NCBI RefSeq assembly: GCF_028641065.1
Contig: NC_073415.1
Coordinates: forward strand, 9,796,001-9,860,000
DNA: 64,000 nucleotides
DNA from: Leucoraja erinacea
Lineage: Eukaryota
Reading direction: 5' to 3'
Part shown: piece by piece, positions 25,152 through 40,106 of the stretch
How the letters are laid out: each line of letters starts with the position of its first letter
How positions within the stretch are numbered: position 1 is the stretch's first letter
Translations under genes and position numbers: made by a program
Notes under the pieces: model-generated
The model's input: only the letters and a program-made list of their open reading frames with translations
Database searches by the model: none
Told to the model about the DNA's origin: nothing

Positions 25152-28100
25152 ATGGCAATATTTGTTCAAGTTGCACTGATGTTCCCAGTCATACTCCATG
25201 AAGTTACGGCAAGTCCCAGCCCTGCTGCTAAGATGGGTAAGCATTGTTCATTGTGTAGATGTAGGAGCTAACTTGCACACCTTCATAACAGGCAATGCAT
25301 GGACAGAGGGAAATATTTAAATCTGATTCCTATAGAATGCTAAACTGAGTGTTGTTACCAGTTGGTCTTGTTTCTTGTGACTCTTTATCATGTTCTGTAT
25401 TGCCTTCCCTTGTGTTATCAGTGGATGTTGTACTGATAAATGTAATGCCAATGAGAGTAAGGCTGAAGTTACAGGTGGAGGCCAAGACTTCTGCAAGTGC
25501 AGAAACCATTTTCGCTTTCATATTACTTTCAGGTTTGTATGAAAATGTGCGATTTGGCTCGACTGATTTTTTTTTTTTTGTGACTAGTTCAAAGGTTTGT
25601 GAGGCTGCACCCAATTCATGGTGTTTCTGTACCATCTGCTCACAAACTCTAGTCAGAGAACCACTGCTGTCTACCAGGGTAGATGTTCAGCATGGGGGAA
25701 TGTGGTCTTGTGGGATGGGATGAGTGGTCTGTATTTTTGAGCTGTTAAGGATTGGATTAGAGTGTTTAAGAAGGAACTGCAGATGCTGGAAAATCGAAGG
25801 TACAGCAAAATGCTGGAGAAACTCAGCGGGTGCAGCAGCATCTATGGAGCGAAGGAAATGGGCAACGTTTTGGGCCAAAACCCTTCTTCAGACTCTTATA
25901 TCTCTGGTATAAACCAGATTGGATTAGAGTACTTGGATTAAACATGTTTGCTCAATTATATTATTTTCGTTAGTCTTCTGGATGGGCACTGATGATTTCT
26001 CCCTTTGTGTGAAGGATGGAGTGATATTCCCAATCTCAACATAGGGAAGTGCAGTTTATCAGTGTGAGAGTTTGTACATCATTCAATTTCTGAAAGTGGT
26101 GAGGAGAAAGAAACTGAAAGGGGTGGGGGAAGATGGATAGCAATATCAAAGTTTGCCTTTTGAGACCAAAGCAGATGAAAAGGCCATTCAATCCATTACG
26201 CCTGTGCTGCTTCTCGTTCTTTGACTGTGTGTTTCAACCGCCCCGACGAGAGGCCTTGCACATCGGGCGAACACATATAAAATAATAAAAGGACTGGACA
26301 AGCTAGATGCAGGAAAAATGTTCCCAATGTTGGGCGAGTCCAGAACCAGGGGCCGCAGTCTTAGAATAAAGGGGAGGCCATTTAAGACTGAGGTGAGAAA
26401 AAATTTTTTCACCCAGAGAGTTGTGAGTTTGTGGAATTCCCTGCCACAGAGGGCAGTGGAGGCCAAATCACTGGATGGATTTAAGAGGGAGTTTGATAGA
26501 GCTCTAGGGGATAGTAGAATCAAGGGATATGGGGAGAAGGCAGGCACGGGTTATTGATAGGGAACGATCAGCCATGATCACAATGAATGGCGGTGCTGGC
26601 TCGAAGGGCCGAATGGCCTCCTCCTGCACTTATTTTCTATGTTTAACAAAAGGAGGAAGACTGACTGAACTTTATTGCCTGTGATCACTGTGGTGGATGT
26701 TTATGTTAAGTTCTATCATTCTTTTAATTATGTTGTGTTCTTTTAATTGTATGACTGCATGGTAACTCAAATATCGCTGTACCTTAATTGGTGCATGTGA
26801 CAATGAATGTCAACGTGAATCTGATATTTGTATAATCTGTGTGATTCTTTGCATTCTTGCTCTTTTCAGATAACTCCAAATCTGTCCGTTTCTTGGCACT
26901 CGGTGATTGGGGTGGTCTCCCATTTGCACCATACACAACACCAGTGGAGAAGACTACAGCCCACCAAATGGGGGTTGTTGCTGAGACAATGGGCGTCGAT
27001 TTCATTCTGGCGTTGGGAGATAACTTCTATTTCAGTGGAGTTAGCGATATTACTGACAACAGGTTTCAGGTATGTTGGAGTTCCCATATTTCTCATAATT
27101 CGGTACTGGCTGGAGCAAGGCTAGTGTATGTCCATCGGCTGAAGTAGCTTGAGGCCAATAGCGTGATGTTCAGAGGTTGCAGTGTTTTTTGTAATCACAG
27201 GATACATTTGAGGAAATCTATTCTGCCAAGTCCCTGAAGGACGTACCCTGGTTTGTTGTAGCAGGAAACCATGATCACTCGGGCAATGTAACTGCACAGA
27301 TCGAATATTCCAAAGTATCCAAGCGATGGTGAGATGGGTTATTTCCTGCAGTTTCCCATTTCTCCAACATCTCCACTCTTCCAGATGCATTTCACACTAA
27401 ATAACACGCTGTTTGATTTTTCAGGAATTTTCCACATTATTACTATGACCTGAATTTCACCATAGCAGGCACCAATATCACCATTACAATACTGATGCTG
27501 GATACAGTTCTGTTATGTGGAAACTCTGATGATTTCTTGGGAACGGAACCAGAAGGACCAAAGGATTACAATGTGGCCAACACACAACTGAAGTGGATTC
27601 AGGAGAAGTTGAAGGCTTCCAGGTATGTAGACTTTCTTCATTCTAAATCAAATAAGCAGTCTGTCCAAGCTGTTCTCAAGTTTGCGAAATAAAGACACAA
27701 AAAGCTAGAGTAACTCTGCGGGTCAGACAACTTCTCTGGAGAAAAGGAATAGGTGACGTTTTGGGTTGAGACCCTTCTTCACACTCAAAACGTCACCTAT
27801 TCCATTTCTCCAGAGATGCTGTATGACCTATCTTCGGTTTAAACTAGCATCTGTAGTTCCTTCCTCTAAACTAAAAGCTTGCAATATAGTTTAGCTGTTC
27901 ATACATAGAACAAGATTGCATTTGTAAAACATCTTCAACGTCTTTGGAATTTATCCTAAGTTTTCCACAGCCAATCAATTATTTCATTAAATGCAACCAC
28001 TTACATAATGCAGATTAACATGGCAGCAATTATTGTAGAACAATGGAAAAAATGGCGAGTTAATCTACTTTGGTTGACGGATAAATGTGATGCAGCTCAC

Positions 28101-30582
28101 CAGGAAATCTTTTCTTGCTCCTTCTCAAAAGGCACTAAATAATTACAAGAAATACTTCAATACTCCAGCATCAGATTGTTCAGAAATTCTAATAGTTTGT
28201 CATCTGGCTCATTATTAGTTCAGTCGGGGTACAGAATGCAAGCTGGTGGGGCTAGCGTAGCTGGGGCATGCTGGCCAGTGTGGGTAGGTTGGGCCAAAGG
28301 GCCTGTTTCCACAGTGTATCACTCTGAGTGTGTAGAATGCACCTAGTAGTCTAGAGATAGGGTCAGGGTCTGGAACATTGGAGGTGAGGAAAGTAAATAG
28401 GTTTGCAATCAGACTCGGGGTCTGGAATGCTTGTATTCCCCACTACCGTTAAACTCACAGGGCTCCCCTGGGTCATGGCTGACCATGGTTGATGCATCCT
28501 AGTTTGCAGGTGATGTGTGGTCAGATGCAAGCCTGGGTAATGTCATATGGAGGACAGGCTGTTGCCCATGCAGCACGTCCCCCCCCTCTCCACGTCACTG
28601 ATCGATCCAAAGGAACAGCAGGGCTGTTACAGTTTGGCACCAGCGCCATCGCAGGAGCTGCCAGATCGAAGTTGTAGGGACTCCGGATTGTCTTGAGGTT
28701 TACTCCAGGAGCCTTTTCCATGGCTGGATATGGCCACAAGGCAATGGAGGTTTTAAATCAGAGTTTTCCCTCTCCTAGATGGATCGCCTTCCCAGGCTGA
28801 CGAGCCCCATCTGCCCGAGACTCATGGGGGCAGGGGCGTTTACCTTACCATGCAGGTATATAGCACCTGCCCACTGCCCATAGGAAAAATATATATATAT
28901 TATACTACTGTTTAATATGTATCAAAAATGAAATAATTGTTTTGGGGTATTACATTACTTGGACGAACATCCAGTTGTCCGAATAATTATTATTATTACT
29001 GTGTAGAGGGTCTCGGGTTTGAATTGTACATCAATGACCCAAAAGATGCAGTGTTTTCCTAGAAATGCTGAAATGGTTACAGTTCCCTCTATACACATCA
29101 GGAAGTTCACCCATGCACATCAGGAAGTGCAGGTGTACACTCACGTGGAATTTCCAAACATCCTGAGAGGTACTTTCCAAAAAGTAATTTGAGGTTTTTG
29201 ACTTACAAGCATTCGAACGCTTTAGCGACTGTTTTAGTCTGAGAACTTGGCTTAGCCAGATGTCAAATCACGTCAACAAACAGGGCTTGCGCAAATACTG
29301 CCATGTGATGCCACATACTGACTGACTGGAACCAGCTTTCCCACTTGAATGTTCACACAATGTAGATCTGAGCTTGGACTATGGTAAACTGAGGACAGCC
29401 CCTGCTTCATGGATATTCCGAGCCATGGTATTCAGTACTGTGCTACCTCATGCACTCGAGCCCAAGAATGGGGGCGTTAACGAATGACTTTCTGAATTCG
29501 GCAAGTCCTATCTTGACAATTGAACAATCACAGCGACATCGTACATTCAATATTTAGTCAGGGCAGGGAATTAGTTCTCTGTGCTCTTTGGCTCTGTGTC
29601 TCATCCATTCTTGGCTCTGTCTCATCCAGGGCTGAATTAACAGATGCAGAAGAACCAAATGTCTCTATCGTTGTAGACTTGTATCTGGCATCCTTTTAAT
29701 GTCATTTTATATAGCATCCTCAATGCAGAAAATGTCTTAAGAGTTTGGAGGTGGAACTAGAGAAAATTAGAGAATGTTTTTCTTCTGATTAATTATTCGT
29801 TCTTTCTTACAGGTCAGACTTCCTGATTGTGGCTGGTCATTACCCAGTTTGGTCAATTGCGGAGCATGGACCCACCAAGTGTCTGGTTCAGAAATTGTAT
29901 CCCCTGCTCACTCAGTACAGGGTCAGTGCATACTTCTGTGGACATGACCATAACCTGCAGGTAGGGAGCAGAAAAAGCTAGAGATGTTATTAGCATGTTA
30001 CTGTTAACACTTGGACTTTCAAAATCTATTGAGTACTCTGCTTGAAACTTGCTGTGCTGTTACGGCAAGTATGAATTCCATTGTTCTGTTTCAGGACATA
30101 TGACAATTAAACACTTGACTTTTGACAATAATTTAAGATATGAATAATATGATGGACTGGTAGATGGTATTGGGAATTTTCTATTGATGTTCAAGTATTG
30201 CCATTCAATAAGTCATTGGTAGATTTTTGGAGCATCACCGCAAAAAAACATTGGGTTATCTATAAATATGAGATATATAGAATGGGTGGGATTCATTTAA
30301 ATACAAAGATTAAGAATTTCCTCCTCTCCTTTGTTTCAGTTTATTCAGGATAGCAATGGGATTGGCTATGTCCTAAGTGGAGCTGGAAACTTCATGGAAT
30401 ACTCAACCAAACATAAGCATCATGTTCCAGAGGATTGGTTGAAATTTTTCTATGCAGATATTAGCTCCTTAGGGGGCTTTGCTTATGTGGAGATAACGCC
30501 GGAGCAGATGATCATCACCTTCATCGAGGCCCTTGGTAAATCGCTGTATCAGACCTCCATCCCCAGGCGATCAGACAGATGA
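25152..30582 (+). CDS. ACP5: Tartrate-resistant acid phosphatase type 5 (purple acid phosphatase, TRAP), 6 coding exons, 333 aa
   Basis: Exons: 25152-25236 (signal peptide [20 protein letters not shown]; ATG directly after an AG acceptor), 26870-27069, 27201-27328, 27425-27622, 29813-29960, 30340-30582; total 1002 nt. All purple acid phosphatase motifs are present: GDWG, GDNFY, GNHD, VAGHY, EHG, GHDH, and the loop LCGNSDDF. The first coding exon is less certain than the rest. Confidence 0.96.
26272..26645 (+). mobile_element. CR1-clade LINE 3' fragment
   Basis: [43 protein letters not shown] plus 3'UTR. Confidence 0.9.
28458..28878 (-). mobile_element. Probable non-autonomous RTE-related element in an ACP5 intron
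   Basis: GC-richer island in an AT-rich intron. The minus strand contains GGCTCGTCAGCCTGGGAAGG..CTAGGAGAGGGAAAACTCTG..AAACC, resembling the conserved RTE 5'UTR motif (recognised from memory). Confidence 0.5.
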
Positions 30583-31164
30583 AGATTCAGCCATTTTGGC
30601 TTATGCGATTCAGTCTCTTGAAGCTGGTTTGTTTGCTGAAGCTTTGTTCCTATTAGCCCAAATCTGTGAAATGGAACAGTCACCAGCTTCCTCCCAATAC
30701 AAATGTTTGAGTTCTGTTGCTAATTGCCACACCTAGGCAGCAGAGTGCCAATGATTCCATTCCTTCCAACTTAGCAATACAATACTCTCATTCTCAGGTT
30801 TTGGCAGCTCTCAGATCAATTTCATATTTGATATACATATCAAATTGCATTTGCAATTATTGAAAAAAACCACAAGCAGAGTGGCTCACTGCAAGGATCT
30901 ATGACCAGCCATGCTTGTCTTAGTAGTTATGACCCGATAGGCTTTTCTGAAACATAATTTTTAATGTGTTAGAAAACTTTATTTGCAAAGAGATGCCAAC
31001 TTTTTACTGCGCAGGTAGCAGCATATGACTGTGTTTGTTGCAGCTCATGTTAATCCTGTTCTGATGTTTGAACTTTTTATATGTTTGTAAATCAGTTTTT
31101 TGGATGTGAATTGTTCCAATTTCTCTGGGATTCTTTTGTACAATTCTGGACTATTGAGCTTTTG

Positions 31165-31170
31165 AATAAA
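31165..31170 (+). terminator. Candidate polyadenylation signal of ACP5
   Basis: AATAAA about 580 nt after the stop codon. Confidence 0.5.
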
Positions 31171-31509
31171 TCTTAAACAAATGCCATATTTTGTCACCTC
31201 TAAATTAAAAATGTACATTGCAGTGGTCACACTTGTTTATTTGCTGTATCAGATCTTGCAGGTGCAGCATTTCATGTGTTGCTATGGGTGCGCTGAGCTC
31301 ACCCATATGCTGTATGTGGCTGCAACTCTTTAAAAACTGCACAGCTAATTTAAATGATTCTTTCATTTTTGTTGCTTCCACATTTCAGACCACATGTAAC
31401 GAAGATTGAAGAATCAAAAGTAGCGACAATCTCGTTGCTTGTACAGAACTTCCCGGTTGTTATAAACATATCTGCATACATACTGTGTTGAGCCAAAAAC
31501 ATATATATA

Positions 31510-31982
31510 TACATAGAAACACAGAAATTAGGTGCAGGAGTAGGCCATTCGGCCCTTCGAGCCTGCACCGCCATTCAATATGATCATGGCTGATCATCCA
31601 ACTCAGTATCCCGTACCTGCCTTCTCTCCATACCCCCTGATCCCCTTAGCCACAAGGGCCACATCTAACTCCCTCTTAAATATAGTCAATGAACTGGCCT
31701 CAACTACCCTCTGTGGCAGAGAGTTCCAGAGATTCACCACTCTCTGTGTGAAAAAAGTTCTCCTCATCTCGGTTCTAATGGATTTCCCCCCTTATACTTA
31801 AGCTGTGACCCCTTGTCCTGGACTTCCCCAACATCGGGAACAATCTTCCTGCATCTAGCCTGTCCAACCCCTTAAGAATTTTGTAAGTTTCTATAAGATA
31901 CCCTCTCAATCTTCTAAATTCTAGAGAGTATAAACCAAGTCTATCCAGTCTTTCTTCATAAGACAGTCCTGATATCCCAGGA
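31510..31982 (-). mobile_element. CR1-clade LINE 3' fragment
   Basis: GLSYEERLDRLGLYSLEFRRLRG..; (TTTCTATG)n tail. Confidence 0.9.
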
Positions 31983-32239
31983 TACGCATACATTGGTACA
32001 TATGCGTGGAGTGCGAAGGGTATATGGAAGTTGGGGTGAAGGGATTGCGAGGGAAGAATTCTGCTTCTTGCGTATGTAGGACAACTTGTTCTATTTGATC
32101 TTATTTGATTGTGCACGCCGGGTTGATTGCATTATTAGTCGAAATAGGGCGGAACACGTGAAGGTTGCAATCTCCCACTCCAGGTGAAAAATGAAGTTGT
32201 CTGAGGTAAAAGTCTGAAATCCGAAATCCGAAATCCGAA

Positions 32240-33350
32240 ATCCGAAATCCGACGACCACAGACGACCGACGACCTACGACCTCCCTCCTTCTCGCGCGCG
32301 CGCGCCTGCAATTCAAAAGCAACGGTCGGGCGGCCCCGCCCCCGCGGATGAATGACAACGACTCTCACCAATCAGTGCGGGGTCTACACGGCCCGCGGCC
32401 AATGGGCGGAGGGGAGAGGCGGGACTTCCGGTCTGTGCCGCAAGACCCGCCTCCCTGGCGGATAATTGACAACACCCCCCCGCCAATCAACGCTGGGTTT
32501 AGCCAGCCGTCAGCCAATGGGCGGGGAGGGAGGCGGGACTTCCGGTGCGCGGAGCAAAAGGCCTGTCGCTGCTCGGAGGGGGGAAAGCGCGGGCCGGAAG
32601 AGCGCGGGAGCGGCTGGAGGCGACGGTGGCGGCGACGGATAGACCTGGAGCCCAGGTACCGGCCACACAAACACGCACAAGTCTTTGCTGTCCCACTTGT
32701 GGACACGCTGTGGGCACCCGGTGCGCGGCCATTGCGGTCGGGGCGAGGGGGTGAATGTGTGTGATGGACGGCACCGTTAACCTGTAGGATGCAGCGGCGG
32801 GGGGGGGGGGGCGGGAGCTAGCGAGGGGGGCGGGCACAGCCTGATTGTTGTGTGTGGCAGCCAATGAGACGTCGGCTAGCTGATGAATGGGCGGGCTCGC
32901 CGTGATGGGCAGTCCTGGCAGCCAACGGGAAGCGAGAGAGCGAGTAAGGGGCGGGTGGAACGCCGTGATCGACCGGCGGGACATCCAATGAGAAGAGGGC
33001 CAGCTAATGAGGGGCTGTGACTGTGATACGTGGCAGCCAATGGGAAGCGCGCTAGTTAATGAGAGGGCGGGATAATGCGTTGATCGACAGGCTGGGCGGC
33101 CAATGGGCGGTGCAGCAACCAAATGGGCGGGGCCAGCTGACAGCGTGGCCTGAAGCAAAGATCCTATAGCGGAGGATCTTTGGCCTGAAGTCAGTGGTCC
33201 CGGCCTGACTGTAATCCCAGCTACAGGCAACCATCCGTGTACTGCTTCAGGTCCAACGCCCCATGCTCAGACCTTGTGATAGCTGAGGCTTCAGCCTCGA
33301 CCCAGCTCTGCTTCTTGGACCGGGTGAGCTGTGTCCGGGCGCCTCGGCCT
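32240..33350 (+). promoter_or_regulatory. CpG-island promoter and non-coding first exon of ELOF1
   Basis: GC- and CpG-rich stretch with multiple CCAAT and GGGCGG boxes, ETS motif ACTTCCGG twice, and a candidate donor CCAG|GTACCG at 32655. Confidence 0.8.
33156..33182. mobile_element. 27-bp micro hAT-like element
   Basis: CAAAGATCC-TATAGCGGA-GGATCTTTG flanked by a perfect 8-bp TSD GCCTGAAG; same termini as 1695-2083. Confidence 0.8.
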
Positions 33351-36300
33351 TTAGTTTAGTTTAGTTTATTTTATTTACTTTATATGGGTGTGACTGCAGG
33401 TTAGCTTATTTCCCTCTGAATTTCCCTGAGGGGATCAATAAAGTATTTATTATTATTATTATTTATATTCCTTTATAGTTTAGTTTAGTTTATTGTCACG
33501 TGCACCACTGGAAAGCTTTAATAGCAGCCTCAGGAAAGGCATAGAAACATAGAAAATAGGTGCAGGAGTAGAGACCATTCGGCCCTTCGAGCCTGCACCG
33601 CCATTCAATATGATCATGGCTTATCATCCAACTCGGTATCCCGTACCTGCCTTCTCTCCATACACCCTGATCCCCTTAGCCACAAGGGCCACATCTAACT
33701 CCCTCTTAAATATAGCCAATGACCTGGCCTCGACTACCATCTGTGGCAGAGAGTTCCAGAGATTCACCACTCTCTGTGTGAAAAAAGTTCTTATCTCGGA
33801 AAGGCATAGAAACATAGAAAATAGGTGCAGGAGTAGGCCATGCACCGCCATTCAATGTGATCATGGCTGATAATCCAATTTAGTATCCCGTACCTGCCTT
33901 CTCTCCATACCCCCTGACCTCTTTAGCCACAAGGGCCACATCTAACTCCCTCTTAAATATAGCCAATGAACTCTGGCCTCAACTACCTTCTGTGGCAGAG
34001 AATTCCACAGATTCACCACTCTCTGTGTAAAAAACGTTTTCCTCATCTCGGTCCTAAAAGATTTCCCCCTTATCCTTAAACTGTGACCCCTTGTTCTGGA
34101 AGGCAATACAATCGAGCCATTCACAGTGTACAGGTAGATAGATACCTGATGATATATCTTTAGGTCTCCTCTAGGATTCTTCCTGACAACCTGAAACATT
34201 AGCTCATTTTGTCTTTCAGGATAAGTTATCTGACCAGTTGAATGTTTTTAGCTTTTATATTATTATTATTTCAGTGATTCCAAAGCTTCTCCCCCTCCTC
34301 CCCCCAACTCCACAATCACATCACAGTTTCAGAGGTTAATGTAACGTTCATGCACTGTACCCACAATAATATTTTGGCACATGCCATCAATGTTAATGAA
34401 CCTCTTACTTGGCTGTCCTTTTCAGGAAAGAGTTAGATTTAGCTCTTAGGGCTAAGGGAATCGGGGGATATGGGGGGAAAAGCCAGAATTTTGGATGATC
34501 AGCCATGATCATATTCAGAGGTAGTGCTGGCTCAAAGGGCCAAATGGCCTACTCCTGCATCTATTTTCTATGTTTCCCTCTCTGGTGCCCTCCCATGATG
34601 ACTACTCTTGTTCCATCACTGGGTTATGTTGCTGTTCTCCACTGTTACATCTGTTTGGCCCTGTCGGCTCCATTGCATCCAAATGTCCATCCAGCTATCA
34701 GTGTATTTTTATAATCGTGAGGAGGGCAATTTTTATTTGATTACAATTTACTTTATATGGGTGTGACTGCAGGTTAGCTTATTTCCCTCTGAATTTCCCT
34801 GAGGGGATCAATAAAGTATTTATTATTATTATTATTTTTATATTCCTTTTAAATATACAGTACTTTTATTTGGAGGCTAGTAATTGACCAGCACAGAGGG
34901 CATCTGTTGGTAATATAATCTAGGTAATCTGGCTTGTTGATTGTGTGGGGAAAAATGCCTTGGCTAGAACATGGAGGCTAACTCCTGGGATCGTATTCAA
35001 GATGTGAGACTTTGTTTAATGTTGCTTCTGAGTGATGGCCCCTGTGACAATGTACCCAATCTGTCCCTTCCACAGAGTACTGTCCCTCTCAGCCTCTCTT
35101 CCCCTGAAGGTGTTTGTGTCCAATTTTTGTATCAGAAGTGCCACTTGCATGCACTGCAGCTTTGCCTTGGGGTTACATGCAGCATGGCATATCAGATTAT
35201 AACGGTTTGGGCAATGCCAAGTGAAGGAAGGGGAATAAGATAATCACCTTCCATTTTCTGTTGGAAACATGGTTGTGTGTCACACTGCACATGTACTCAT
35301 TGAAATCCCTGTCTTTTCACAGGGGTGGAATGCTGCTGGAAAATTCTCATGAAAAGTTTACAGCCATGAGTTGCTGATATACTGAACTGAAGCCGACATT
35401 TTGAACCAAAGCCGCAGTGGATTTGGCAAAGTGTTGAGTTGGTATTGCATTGCTGCACAGGTCAGTACTGCCATTCACTTGGGATGATTCTCCTCGAATG
35501 GCCTGACGGCAATGGCTTTTCCACTGCACCAGATTTCCATCTATGTGAGTCTCGTGTATTAGAGATCAAGCAGATGAAATTACCAACTGTTCACACTGAT
35601 GGGGGAAACCCTCACCATCTAGTGCTCTTTAGGGGAGGCGGGAGGCGGGGGGGTGCCAGTCCACTTTCACCTGTGTTCACCCTTTCACTAAGACTCCCTT
35701 TGTTTGTGGGATTCGATAAATCTATGAAACCCAGAACATTTAACAATTCTAAAAGTGCTTTTTTATTTTGTTACAGGTCAATGTACTTACCAGAACCAGT
35801 AAAACCAACCATGGTTGTTGAAATATTATTCTGTGGATATTGTGATAACAATGCTGACATTTATAGAGGCTTTAGCTGCAATTTATAACTTGGACTTGTA
35901 ACCTGAGATTAGTTAGGGCTGTTTAATGCTTGGGTTCTTCCCTTTTAAACCTTGATAAGCTGGTTTGTGAGTTGATATTGCTTCAAGATGTCACAACTCC
36001 ATTGAAAGTTTGCAGTAAAATGGCACATTGGAAAAGCTAATGTTTGCTGCAGGCAGATCTGGTATGAGAGGTTGCCCGGGTGATCACTCCATTTGCACAG
36101 GCCCATGTATCACTCCCAGCTAAATCCGGGGCCCCTAACCTAATCTGGATAGTTTCAGACATCAATGTTCTGACAAAGTTGGTGCTAAAGGTGCATATTT
36201 TAGTTGTGTAAACTAGAGAAGTGCCTAAATGTGGAGGCCTTAAACTTGTTGTTTCTTCTCCACCTTCTAAGCTCGGGTATTGGCTCTAAATGGTTGGAGA

Positions 36301-37266
36301 AAGTGTGTTCTATATTTGTACAGGGTCTCAATTTGTGGTTTAGAGACTCGACACATAGTTAGTCAGATAGGTTATTTTAAAAAAGGCTGTGGGTGCCCAG
36401 AACTATCGACATGGTAATAGGGTTCTGCTCCATTTTGACTTTTTTCAGATGAGGAAAAAATTATTTAGTCAGAGGATGGTGAATCTGGAATTCTTTGCCA
36501 CAGAAGGCTGTGGAGGCCACACGTCAGTGGATATTTGTAAGGCAGAGATAGATTATTGAATAATACAGGTGTCGGAGGTTATGGGGAGAAGGCAGGAGAA
36601 TGGGGCTAGGAGGAGGGATAGATCAGCCATGATTGAATGGTGGAGTAGACTTGATGGGCCAAATGGCCTAATTCTACTCATATTCCTAATGATACTTGTG
36701 CCCGTTGTGTTTGTGAAACCCTTTTATTTTTCAAATTCCATTTGCCAATCCAATTTAATATTGAAATAGTCTCTGCTTCAGTAACTAACTGTAGCCTTGA
36801 CTATTTATTATTTGGATAACTTAAAAAAGGATATTTGATGTCCCAAAATACACAAGCCCTCGAGTTCAGTAAGTATTGAGTTAAGATTCACACAGTGGAT
36901 GATTGTGTAACCCATCTCATATAATCTTTCTGAAAGGACTGGACTTGCAGTAGAGATGCCTTACTCAATCTTTTTATAAACTTGAGATTGTCCAAGATCT
37001 TGCTGCTTTCTTAACTTGGATCCAGTTTCATTTGTCTCTACCTAAATACACTCCCATTCTCACTCGATATTATTATAATTCTCAACTTAGTTTCAAAATT
37101 GTCTTTACCCATGGACTTTCCTATTTCTAATCACTCGCTGTGTAATGGAGGTCTCTGATGGTTCTGTGGGAGATGTTACATTTCCCTCTACCCAAGCCAT
37201 GACAACATTTCAGTGATGTTTGTGAAGGGCATACAGTAACCCTGTGACCCAATAGGGTGCTCATAA

Positions 37267-40106
<2,840 letters not shown>

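Noticed and set aside
25349-25723. 124-aa hydrophobic ORF, or ATG 25618, as the ACP5 signal-peptide exon
   Set aside because: Weak splice signals. Exon 25152-25236 has a better acceptor, a strong donor, the correct phase and a signal-peptide-like sequence.
32212-32282. Short regular repeats as a CRISPR-like array
   Set aside because: No spacers, eukaryotic context; simple tandem repeat.
32348-33230. ORFs of 113-243 aa in the GC-rich region
   Set aside because: Stop-poor CpG island giving low-complexity Arg/Pro/Ala translations.
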